Part shown: positions 53,099 through 64,000 of the stretch, piece after piece | Layout of the letters: each line of letters starts with the position of its first letter | How positions within the stretch are numbered: the stretch's first letter is position 1 | Assembly (NCBI RefSeq): GCF_000181795.1 | Contig: NW_003526945.1 | Location: forward strand, 3,638,847 to 3,702,846 | Origin: Trichinella spiralis | Lineage: Eukaryota | DNA length: 64,000 bases | Direction of reading: 5' to 3' | Notes under the pieces: generated by a model | What the model saw: the letters and a program-made list of their open reading frames with translations, nothing else | Told to the model about the DNA's origin: nothing | Database searches by the model: none | Made by a program: the position numbers and the translations under genes

Positions 53099-53728
53099 GT
53101 TGTACGAAGATTTGTATATCTGTTGTATTTTGTCTGTTGTGCATTAATTAATGATATTTCCTCGTAATTCTTCTAGTTTTGTGCTAGTCCTTATTAAAGT
53201 GTAAAAGTAATGTGAGAAATGCGTTTTCAATGTGGTTATTGAACATTTCAATTGAAAGGGAAATGAAGAATATTCAGCAGTGTTATATATACACATATAT
53301 GTATGGCGAATGTTTATTTCAAACGTTTTCAAATTACTTTCAACTGATTTGATTTGAACAGTGCTGAAATTTGAAGTACATCACAAATGAGTAGATTTCG
53401 AAATTTTATTCAAACACCGAACAAAAGAAAAAAAAACATCTACGATTTGCTAGAAATCATCAATGAATGGAAGTACAAAAGAAATACATGTTGCATGAAT
53501 AAAATGCTATCTATCCTTTGTCCAAGTCAACTACTTTTCAAGAATCATATTTTACCAAGGGAATTTGAAATCACTCGTTGTGCTTCGAAATGGCCCTGAA
53601 AAAAAAACACTTGAACAGTGACAATCAATGACAAAATCATGCAGATTGACGTTTCCTTTGGTAGTTTTGGTACTTAAGATATAATTGAACAGAAATAAAT
53701 GATAATTACACTAAAAAACAATAATCCA

Positions 53729-56192
53729 TTATTCTTCGGAGGACGCAGTTTCAAGAACAGAATCATCATTCGTTTTCTAAATTAAGACGAGCAATTCAAT
53801 TTCGAAAATGTACGTAAAACACAACAGAAACAAAAGCACTAACATGCTGGCTTTGTAAATTCTGCTCTTCTGAACTACTGCTCCCGGAATGATTTCCATA
53901 ACCTTCTGGTCGCCGTCTTTTCCTTTGCGGTTCACTCAAGTCGGATAATTCACTTGCAAGATCCTATTCAAATTCGTTGAAGCAGTCAATAAAACAAGCA
54001 CGTAATTTTGTATTTTAAAGTTCCATAATAAACTACGTAACAACATTACACCGTATGAACAAATGAACCACATACGGTAATTTGGATGAATATATATATG
54101 AAACAAATTGAAAATAAAACAATAAACTCATCATTCGCAATACCTGCTTGAAATGTGCAGTTTTTGAACGGTGAGGTTGCATGTAATATTGTGCCCATTT
54201 ATTGGTGAAAGACTCACTTTTAGCTATATGTGCATCTAAAAAGCAAAACATAATTTTAACATCCAACAACTTCATTAAATAATAAGGAATAAAACTTACG
54301 ATACGAACAGTATTTATCAGATTGGATGGCATCCATGTCGCAACTGCGTCCATCACCAGGAACTCGATATATGCATTTCGGGCTAAAGATATGGGAAAAT
54401 TAAAACAAGAACAACAAAAAACAATGCATCGTTAAAATAGAGTAAGTATCATATTATTAACAAACCGAGGTGCATCATTAGACAAACCAGGCACATTTGA
54501 AAAACAATTTAACGGTTCAATTTCGCCTCCTACATATTTTCTATATAGTCTGGACACGACGCAAATTCGTGGTGGTGTCGTTTTTTGTTCTGAAAATTCA
54601 AAAAAAAGCATGAAAATACGCACAAACGCTTTTAACAAAACTGTCACCCCAATTGGGTTCTTTGTTAGATTTGCTCTCAGAGTCTGTATGCTTGTTCTGT
54701 TCCAATGGTGAATCATGAAACATGGTTGCCGCTGCACTGTCTGATATGTGAGAACACCTGTATTCAAGTAACAAACGTTCGAGCATGTAAATATTCAATT
54801 CACATATCAACGTACAAAATGCAATACTGAATAAAATGCTTACATGCTGACTGCTTGATTTTCAAACGTATGAATCGGCTGGTCATCGCCGTTCCTCTTT
54901 CCTAGACCATTTGTTGTCCCCACTTGGCCGCTGAATTTACTAGCTACAACAATACCGAAAACATACATTACATACATACAAATAAACGAATAACACGCTT
55001 AATAAAATCAATTCTAACGCTCGTTGGTTTTGGGTTGCGCAAACATTCTCCGTCTCGGACGCTGCAGTATCGCCAATTCCCAATGAACCCTATTCACACT
55101 AGCTGCTTTATTAGTTCTCTCACCATCTTGTCCAGAAGAATCACCTTCAGGCTTTTCATCATTAGACTGTCTAAAACGAAACATTTCAACATTAAACTTC
55201 ACGATTATATCAATTTTTAGAATTTACGCATTCAAAGGACAATCACAAAACTTATTTATATTACTTCGCACGCCGAGGTGTGAAAAGAACTTCACATTTC
55301 CCATATTCACAATCCACTAATTTTGTAAAGCAGCGATAACGCCGGACACCACTCTCAGTAGCAACCTTTACCGGTGGCTGAGTGACTTCGTCCCTACCAC
55401 TGCTAGGCGATGACTGGGATACACTGGTGCGATGTCTGCCGAGTACATATTCCTTTAGAGACTCCACTGCGTTTAATGCTTCCGAATGTGACATTCCCAT
55501 CTTTGCATATAAAGGTAAAAGATGTTCATCTAAAAGAATAAAATGAGCAAAATGAATGGTAAACATAAAAGCCATTCAAAATACAAACTCACCAATTGCT
55601 GTTTCACCTTCATCAAGCCTAATTGTGATGGGATCTATGGGAACATTCAAACCACACAACTGTAGTAAAGTAATTTAAGTTATTCCGAGATCAAATATCA
55701 AAATACATATAAAATTTTACATACTTATTGAAATATATTGGTAATAATTGATATACTTAAAAATTAAACACAAAAGCAATAACAATGCAGCAAATACTAA
55801 GATGACAATCAACATAGCGTTGGCATAAAAAAAACAAAAATCATCATATATTACTCGAGCATCAAAACACGATGGATCAATAACTCCTTTACTAGTAAAA
55901 ACTGGCGCTGTGGTTGACACCATGGGTTGCACAACCAATACATTCTCTGCATCCTCCCTAGCTTGTAATTCAGCTATATCCCGTTCCACTGCAATATCAT
56001 ATAAGAAAAAAAAGATAAATAATATTTAATTATTAAATCATATCACTTACATAGTTTGCTAAATTTTTTTCGCATTCTGACTTCGTCTGAATCATTGTCC
56101 CTTTTAAAACGTTTTGATATCGGATATAATATAATTCTATCCTCTACTTCTGGATTTGAAATATAAGGTTCTTCAAAAAAATAATCATCCAT
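53729..56192 (-). CDS. Hypothetical multi-exon protein, no family recognised
   Basis: Chain of open exons with GT-AG borders: MDDYFFEEPYISNP.. (56192-56051), ERDIAELQARE.., DEHLLPLYAKMG.., QSNDEKPE.., ..LVMDAVATWMPSNL, ..DSVLETASSEE* (stop 53731-53729). Confidence 0.72.
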
Positions 56193-57937
56193 ATTCGTTT
56201 TGCTGTACTTTATACGTGATTCTAAATCACAAATATCATAGTAATTAACGATTTAATTGATAATTTTCAAAATTAAAAATAAAGCGCTTTCATTTTCAGT
56301 TTAATTTCAATATTCTTTATGAGTGCGTTAGAAAATGAGTTTAATTTGGTCAAATTAGTTAAAAATAGGCTAAAAATGATTTGTTCAAATAAAAAATACT
56401 TAAATTAAGATAAATTCTGTCAAACGTCTGTCTAGCGCCACTAACAGTTAGAAACTACGTCTGTTTTATTACTGTTCATATCGAACAAGTAAATGTCTTT
56501 ACAAAATAATTTTAATATAAAATTGATTTGTATTTACACCCAAACAGAAAAAAATAAACTTCAAATGACTATGAGAAACAAACTATAAATTTGCTACATC
56601 ACACACGGTATGGATGTTACTTAATGTTCTTCGATAAAGAGAACAACATTAAAAATATTAAAATCATAAAATATCGTCATCGTTTCGTAGTGTAAAAACC
56701 TGCTTCTAACATCTTACATTCGACCAACCAGAACACCAGTTCGAGCAAGAATAATACATTAATTACGGTAATTTTTATTACTGACAAGTAAGTTAAAAAA
56801 CTGACTTGAAAAAATATAAAACCTAATCAGATATTTCGTTTAATTTTAACAGTTCATAATAATTACTGCTCAGACAATGCTGCTTATTAATTTATTGCTC
56901 TTAAAAGTGAATAATCCGAATAAATAGTGTAGAGACAAAACTTTAATTAGTCGGGCAGTTAGCCTAAAGTTCAAAATTCAGCCCTTATTTGGAATAAAAG
57001 TAATTTCATTTTTTCCAGTGCGATATAGCTACTACAAGCTGTTTATTAACAATATGAAATTTTAATATTTTACAGTCATCCAAATTTCATTCTTTTACTT
57101 ATATGCTTCTTTATCCTTTTGATGTTGAGTACTCAAAAGTAAACGTTTTATTGTTCAACTAGTAGTTTCATTTTAGTAAAAGTTCCTAAAATTATTTTTA
57201 TAAAAGTTTCAAGTTGCTCCTCGGTTGTTTTGCCTAATTTGTACTTGAAATGAAAAATGAAATGAAGTTGCAAACTTCACTTAACCCTCTTGCGTAAGTA
57301 ATTCACGACTGAAAATAGCTAATTTGCAAAGGCTTCACAGAAAATCAATATTAGCATGCTACGTCAAAATAATTGTGCAACATCAAAATTATGAATTTTA
57401 TTTTACGAAATTTTACGAAATTATGAATTATGAATTAATTAATTCTATAAATTAATATATTCACAGTTGGTAGCCTTTTACAAATTACTAAGCAAAAACA
57501 GCAAAAAGTAAACATCATAAATTCAACAACAATGTGCAGAAAATAACCATACGGTAGATTATAGCATGTAAAAAAATTCCGATAGAATGTTTGTCTTTTT
57601 GCTGAAAAGATTTATTTTGAAATATTTGAAAAACATGTAAAATTCATTTCATAAATATTTCATATCAATAATTTTTGAAGCTTTTAATTGCTTTGCATTA
57701 TTGAATATGATCTCCTACTGTAAGGTTAAAAATTAATTTTATTTCAGCTACCTGACGAAAAGGTCACTAAATCAATGCATTTTAATTTATTTTTTGAATT
57801 ATAACTTTAAAAAAAATTTTTACATCTCTTCGGTCAGAAAAATGTAATGCAGGTTCATCTGTGCGTTGGTCAACAGGTTGAAGGTCATTTGCTTGTTGTC
57901 GTTGTTCTGTTTGGCAGTTGAAAGCAGTCGCACAAAA

Positions 57938-59528
57938 ATGGTAGATATCAAATTGAGAAAGTTTGATAATTTTTGATTAATTTTTGTTCAGACTGGTGGA
58001 AAAAATCATAAGATGATTGGGCATCTGAATTATCGGATGAAAATTGTTTTGCAAGATTCACGAATTCTCGTAGGATATTTGAAAGGTGAGTTTGGAAAAT
58101 TGTTCAATTTATTTGGTAGAAACTGTTTTTATGTATTTCCTTTTATTTTATTTTAAAGTAAAAGTGGGTTTTTTTGGCTTTTATTTTTGATGATAAGACT
58201 AATTTTTCATGTATTAATATTAATGAGTACTATTGTTGTGTAGTATATTTTTCATTATTATGACTCGTTTATGGCTTAAAGATTTTAGTTTAAGATTGTT
58301 TTTAGTTTTTTAATTTGTTTTTGCGTTTTCTGAAGTATTAATTAAAAAATTTGTATGATATGAAAAATTTCACGCATCGTTAGTTGATTTAGTAAATTCA
58401 CGATTTTTAATTGCTAAGTGAAATTACTAATAAATCAATCAAAATTAAGGTTAAGTTAGTTGAACTTTTTACTTCGTTTAATGTGTATTATTTTAGTTAT
58501 TGTTAATTAATTACAAAATACTGAAGTTCTCACTGTAACTAAAATTGCTATTTAATATTGAAAAGTTGTGCACAAAGATACGCATCTTTTGCATAAAGGA
58601 ACATGCTTTTCACGATAATTTGTTTTGGATATTCTGGAAATTACTTTGAATAATTTTAAAGTTTATTGTTTAAGTATTTCTTTTTTATGTTTGGTTTTAG
58701 AATGTCAAGTGACTTTTTGTAAGCTTAATTTTTGTTGTATGCTGTATCATTATTGAAAATCAAGTACGTATGTTTAACCTTATGATAAAATTTCATTTTT
58801 ATGAATTTTTTGGAAATAAAACGTTTGAATCGTAAATAAATTTAGTCGAATTTAGGATTGTTAGGTATTTTAATTTTTAATTTTTTAGCATTCGACAAGT
58901 ATTTGAATATTGTATTGTCTGAGTGCGAAGAATTTCGTCGCTATCGACCGAAAGCGGGACGAACCGTTGATCGCGAAGAAAAACGCACTCTTGGATTTGT
59001 TTTACTTCGCGGCGAGCACATTGTTAGCATGTCCGTTGAAGGTCCACCTTTAAAAGAGGTACGTATTTTGATGCAGTTTTTGAGCACTTGAAATTAAGAT
59101 TGAAAACTTAGGACGATGTTCCACAAATTCCCAAGTGCGGTGGTATCCCTGGACCTGGAATGGCAAAGCCTGTCGGTCGCGGAATGCCATTCGTTCCAAT
59201 GCCTGGAATGGCACCAGGTTTGATTTGAAAATTTCAATGCAGTGATAATTATTTTGAAGCTCTTATTTATTTGTATTAGGCTTACAAGGGCCAATCAGAG
59301 GTGTTGGTGGACCTGCTCCAGCGATGATGCAGCCGCAGTATGGCATGCCCGGAACTCCAGTTCCGGGAATGGCTCCACCACGTCTTCCCGGGACACCGAT
59401 GCCTGTACGTCAACCGGGTTTTGTTTCTACTCCTGTAGTGCGAGGTAACATGTTTTGCTGAATAGCTGAGCGCATTTTTTAAGCAATTACTTTCAGGCCC
59501 ACCTCCGCCTCCACCACCGCCAGCTTGA
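57938..59528 (+). CDS. SNRPB: Small nuclear ribonucleoprotein SmB/B'
   Basis: ATG-only first exon. GKNHKMIGHLNYRMKIVLQDSRILVGYLK|AFDKYLNIVLSECEEFR..REEKRTLGFVLLRGEHIVSMSVEGPP. Pro/Gly/Met-rich tail. Stop at 59526-59528. Confidence 0.96.
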
Positions 59529-59836
59529 GTAGAATTATTTAAAATCATGTCTGAGCTTATTTATTATACGATCCTATGCATATATTTCACAGCACATTTA
59601 TTCTTTTAGATGAACGGCGGTTGAATGCATTTTATTAACTTTTTATATCTCGTGCGAGAGAACGTTAAATGATGTAAAGTAAAATAAAGTAAAGTAAAGA
59701 TGCTTGGTTTTACGTAAATTGAAATGAAGCTTCATTTTGATTCTGTAATGTCATTATGGAATGAAGCTTTATTTATTTATTTATGAAAATAGGTGAAAAA
59801 GGTATACGGTGTTGCATTAATAGCAGTGTAATAATT

Positions 59837-60910
59837 TTATGTTTTTGCTACACACCACGAGGGATCGTCTGTTGATGAATAGAGCAGGCGTACTTGATCT
59901 ATTGGCCGAAGAAGGGTGATTGGTACATCTTCATCACGTCGTTGGTATAACATCTCACCTTGAAAGTCGACAATTTTATGCCGTCGTGCTCTGAGTAGCA
60001 TACCGACTACCTCAAAAAACAAAAGAATGAACAGCAAAAGTGCAAAAGTAGATGTTTTGCTTAAAATAAGCAAGCAGTTACTTTATCTGAGACGTAGACG
60101 TAAATTTCGAAGAGTTTTCCAAAAGTGATCGTCGTCGTGCCGTCATCATTGCGAGCACCGAATTCACTGATCAATTCACACAGCTGAATTATTTCACGTG
60201 AAATGTGATGCCCTAGAAAGAAGGATCAATTAGAAAGAATATGTTTATTGCTGAAGTGGTGAATATCAGTTTTGCACTCCAATTTTCTCTTCACTCATTC
60301 CAATTTACTGTTTTACAATTTTATACGGTGTTGCTGATCATTTGGTGGTTTGATGATGAGAAATTTTGAAATCAAACTATTTGGGGGAAAATTGAACAAT
60401 AATTTATTTTATAAGGGGAACTTCTTCTACATCTAAAATTCCTACTAGTCAGTTTTATCTGATGCTCTTGCAGGGAGCATCTCGCTGCCATAATTCGCGT
60501 CAGCTGTTGTTTAAATGATTCTCCTTTAAATAGACTTATAGAAACTTCACAATTTCAGCTTACTTCGAATGATTTCGATTTTTCTATTAAATTGAATAGA
60601 TTAAAACTTGTGAAAGTTGGTGTAAATAGTTTTCAATTTTTTTTTCGTTACGTGAAAATATCCTCAAAACGTCGGATGCATATTGTGAATAATAGAATTG
60701 TTTGTTAATTGGATTGGAAATATGAATGGCAACAATACCGGCTGCAATGCCTCTTTTTTCAGTCAATGATCCTTTTTTCGGTCTTCCATAGTCAGGATCG
60801 TGACGATCAAATTTTGGTGGCTTCCAAAGGGGTGAAAATACATCGTCTTTGACGGCCGCCTTTTCAGCTTCCAGGGTCATCTGTTGAAATTTGGCCAAAC
60901 TGACCGACAT
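59837..60910 (-). CDS. ABRA: Actin-binding Rho-activating protein (ABRA/STARS, Costars domain); a further 5' exon near 60980-61075 is possible
   Basis: YGRPKKGSLTEKRGIAAG|HISREIIQLCELI..ITFGKLFEIYVYVSDK|VVGMLLRARRHKIVDFQGEMLYQRRDEDVPITLL. Confidence 0.92.
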
Positions 60911-62823
60911 TGTTGATTCTGAAATTTGCATAATTAGAATTTACCAAATGAATAAATTGAAGTGAAAATACTTGATTTCACTTTTCGCCTGGGGCGAGCG
61001 GTGGTGCTTTGCTGTTGCGTAGTTTGGGCTGAATTGTCCATTTCCGGCGATCGGACGGCAAAATTACCCGACCAAGTGTCCATCGCAGTGTCCGGCCGTA
61101 TTTTCAGACGGGGTCTTCTCAAATGGTCTGAAAGTAAATTTCCCAACCGCACTACCTCTCAGACAAGATGCCAATGCACCTCCAGTAACGTCGACGAGCA
61201 GCACGACGGTGTTGGTGCCATAAATACGTCTGCAAATCACTTCCATCGCGTTGTCGGTGATGGAAATCGTTTGTCAAATGGAAAAAAAAGAAGCCAAGCT
61301 AAAAACAGAGCACCATTATAGAACTGATTGCGTCAATTATGATGAATAATCAAAGGTCCGTTCTGGCAGTGGTGTTTTCAAACAGTTGTTGACAGCAGTG
61401 ACTACGTTGCTTCGACGAATTCGACGGCAGCCAAGAATCCTACACCTTTTCCGCCCACGCAAAAGTTTGGAACAACAAGCTCAGATAAACAGCCGCCGTC
61501 GTCTGGGACTTCCAAATGAATCATCGCCGAAGATTCATTTCAGCCGCGCCAGACCGCCAATAACAACGGCTCTGCTGCAAATCAGCCAACCCAATCTCTT
61601 CACTTTTCGTAGATGTAAACAAATAAACAAACAAGATGATTGATTTTTGAAATATTTTTGTAAAAATATCAGTTCGAAAGCAAAAGATTGAAATTTATTG
61701 GTGCAATGTTCATATCACCACTATTCATTATTGCTGCATTTTATATTTGGAATTCCATCATGCAATTGTGAAATTAACAAAATATGATTTTTCTTGAAAT
61801 TTTACTTATTTCCAGTAAACTGTTGAATGCGTAACTTTTATTCTTACTTCAATGGATTTTTTTCGCAGCAAATGATCACAACAAATTGCTATTATTCACA
61901 GCAATTTGAAATATTTTTCCTCATCAATTATTTTCCAAAATTTCTGCTGCTTAAGCAGCATTAGCAGTTCTCGTTTTGCTTGTTTGTTATATATATATAT
62001 TTTTTTTTTTACTTTTAACAGGTAAGATTTGCTCGATTGTGTTTACTAGAATTTCAGCGAATTTTTCTTCTATTGGTGTTTGGTTATTTACTTTTGTTGA
62101 TCTTCAAAATTTGCGTTCTTTCAATTTCGTCAACTTTACAAATTGCGGCAGCAGCCAAGCGGACAGAGACAAATTAGCCAAATTTCGACGATACAATTTT
62201 CATCATTTTTGATAGCTTCGTAAAATATTTACGATGCTTAGCAGCAGCAGCAGGTGTTTTGAAACATTCCACTTTTTTTTAAAATTTCCTTGTCAAACAG
62301 ACGCAGGGAAATTGATAATCCGCTTCGTATTTTGAAATGAATATTTCAGTGATAGGAGGGGGGGGGAAAGGTTTGAAAAACTATTAAAATTTCTCTTTAT
62401 TTTTTCATTATAAAGAGCAGAAATAAAAATTGTGGAATTAATTGAGAAAAAAATGAAACCAAATGCACTTGAAATACGATCATTAAGTGAGAAAAACATT
62501 GATTATTTTTTTTGAAAAGTCGATAAAAATTAATTGAAGAAGTAAATGTTTACCAATTTTCAGAAAGCACGACCTATTTGTGATAGCAGAAGGAGAAGCG
62601 GAAAAGCAGTGAAATTGTTTTCATCACTGTGTTCGCATTTCCCATAAATCTCAATCTGTCAACGTTTCAATAATTCTTTCTTAATGACATAATTTTTATT
62701 TATATAAAATGAATGATATGTTTACTGTTCTTATCAAAAACTAGACATCGGAAAATAGAAAGAAACAATTATAACAATATTGTACTTGAAAATCAATACT
62801 ACAGTACTAATTATAGCTTTCAA

Positions 62824-63528
62824 ATGGATGATGATTTCAAATCCGTCAAAATTAGTACCGGCCACAGTTTAGACGAATATTCCGTGCCGGATCGTTTCAA
62901 ACCATTTTTAGACCGTGTTCTGATCCCATTCAACCTGATCGATGAGCGCATCAGCGCCTTAGCTGACATGCTGCATCAAAAATATCTCGACGAAGATTTG
63001 GTTCTTGTCTGCGTGCTGAAAGGAGCTTTCCGCTTTTTCAGCTCACTTTATGACAAGCTTGTACGGATTCGCAACAACTGCACTGGAAATTTGTACTATG
63101 ACTTTGTACGTCTGCAAAGTTATGTGGATACGAAATCGACAGGCGTTGTGCAAGTAATTGTTCATCATCAATCAATTTGGTTATTATCATCAGTAGATGA
63201 ACATTAATTTTAGGTGTGTATGTTTAAGCCATCGTTTCGCCGGAAGCATATTGTCATTGTGGAAGATATTGTTGAATCTGGTAAAACATTAGAAAAGTTG
63301 AACTCGTTAGTTGAAAGCTATGAACCGCTGTCGGTGCGGTACGTGACATTGTTAACAAAGCGAATGCCGGAGAGGCGATGTTTAGAGCCAGATTTTGCTT
63401 GCTTTGAAATTCCCGATTTGTTTATAGTTGGTTTTGGATTTGACTATAACGAGATCTTTCGAGAGATGGATCATATCTGCGTCATCAGGGAGTCTGCAAT
63501 GACTTCCATCTCTTCTTCTACGCACTGA
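62824..63528 (+). CDS. hprt-1: Hypoxanthine-guanine phosphoribosyltransferase, 2 exons (intron 63154-63213)
   Basis: VCVLKGAFRFF, DFVRLQSY, IVIVEDIVESGKT, LLTKR, FEIPDLFIVGFGFDYNEIFREMDHICVI. Confidence 0.95.
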
Positions 63529-64000
63529 ATTTTCAAAGTTCATCATCATCCACTGCATACTGCCTGCCTGCTTGTTCCAATGTGTTGAAATTGTATTCGC
63601 TCAACGCGTGCTTACTTGCGTATGATTATAAATAGCAACAATCATTTATATTATTATTATTATTTATTAATTCAAACGAGATATTTCTTTTTTTTCTTCA
63701 TTTCTGTAATCATTTTTCATTTTTATCCATTGTATGTAGTAAAAGAAATGAAAATATTTTCATTTCTTATTAAATAATAACCTCATCTCGGTGGATTAGA
63801 TTAGTAATACTCCTCTGTTTAATAATTGTTTTTTTGTATGTTTATTTAAACCAACTGTACAAACGATGAGTATTATTATCAGCAAGATAGATTTCACTCA
63901 ACAAGTGGTGCAGAAGGAAATGCCAGGGTAGAAATTTCTCTTCGCTTAAACACCAATGGCAAAAAATGTTGAAATAAGTTGATTAGCACAAACTGGAAGG

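Noticed and set aside
58086..58888. Poison exon in the long SmB intron, as in mammalian SNRPB
   Set aside because: The intron is uniformly AT-rich, no cassette exon could be delimited, and its position appears to differ from the mammalian one.

Overview
AT-rich, intron-containing eukaryotic DNA. Short introns, an innexin, a ZP/cuticlin gene, an 'LPH'-type TWK channel and AG acceptors just upstream of start codons point to a nematode, probably clade I such as Trichinella (inference, not a database match). In order, the window holds: a truncated R2/NeSL/Utopia-type non-LTR retrotransposon with a Ulp1-like protease motif next to an N gap; dishevelled (-); a WDR5 homologue (+); a trypsin-like protease (-); a ~1.39 kb element repeated in inverted orientation ~36 kb away; a multi-vWA secreted protein (+); a two-pore K+ channel (-); a divergent SoxC-like HMG factor (-); a ~1.1 kb tandem duplication; innexin (+); a ZP/cuticlin protein (-); exportin-2/CSE1L (+); a secreted EGF-repeat protein (+); NDUFS5 (+); DSS1/SEM1 (+); a disrupted TFIIF-alpha/RAP74 (+); an unrecognised multi-exon gene (-); SmB (+); ABRA/Costars (-); and HPRT (+). 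The best lead is the WDR5 copy: the three residues that clamp arginine in the WIN pocket (human S91, F133, F263) are all replaced (N, S, V), while the opposite RbBP5/MYC-binding face is intact. Exon boundaries were worked out by eye and some 5' ends are uncertain. Reference residues are recalled, not aligned computationally.
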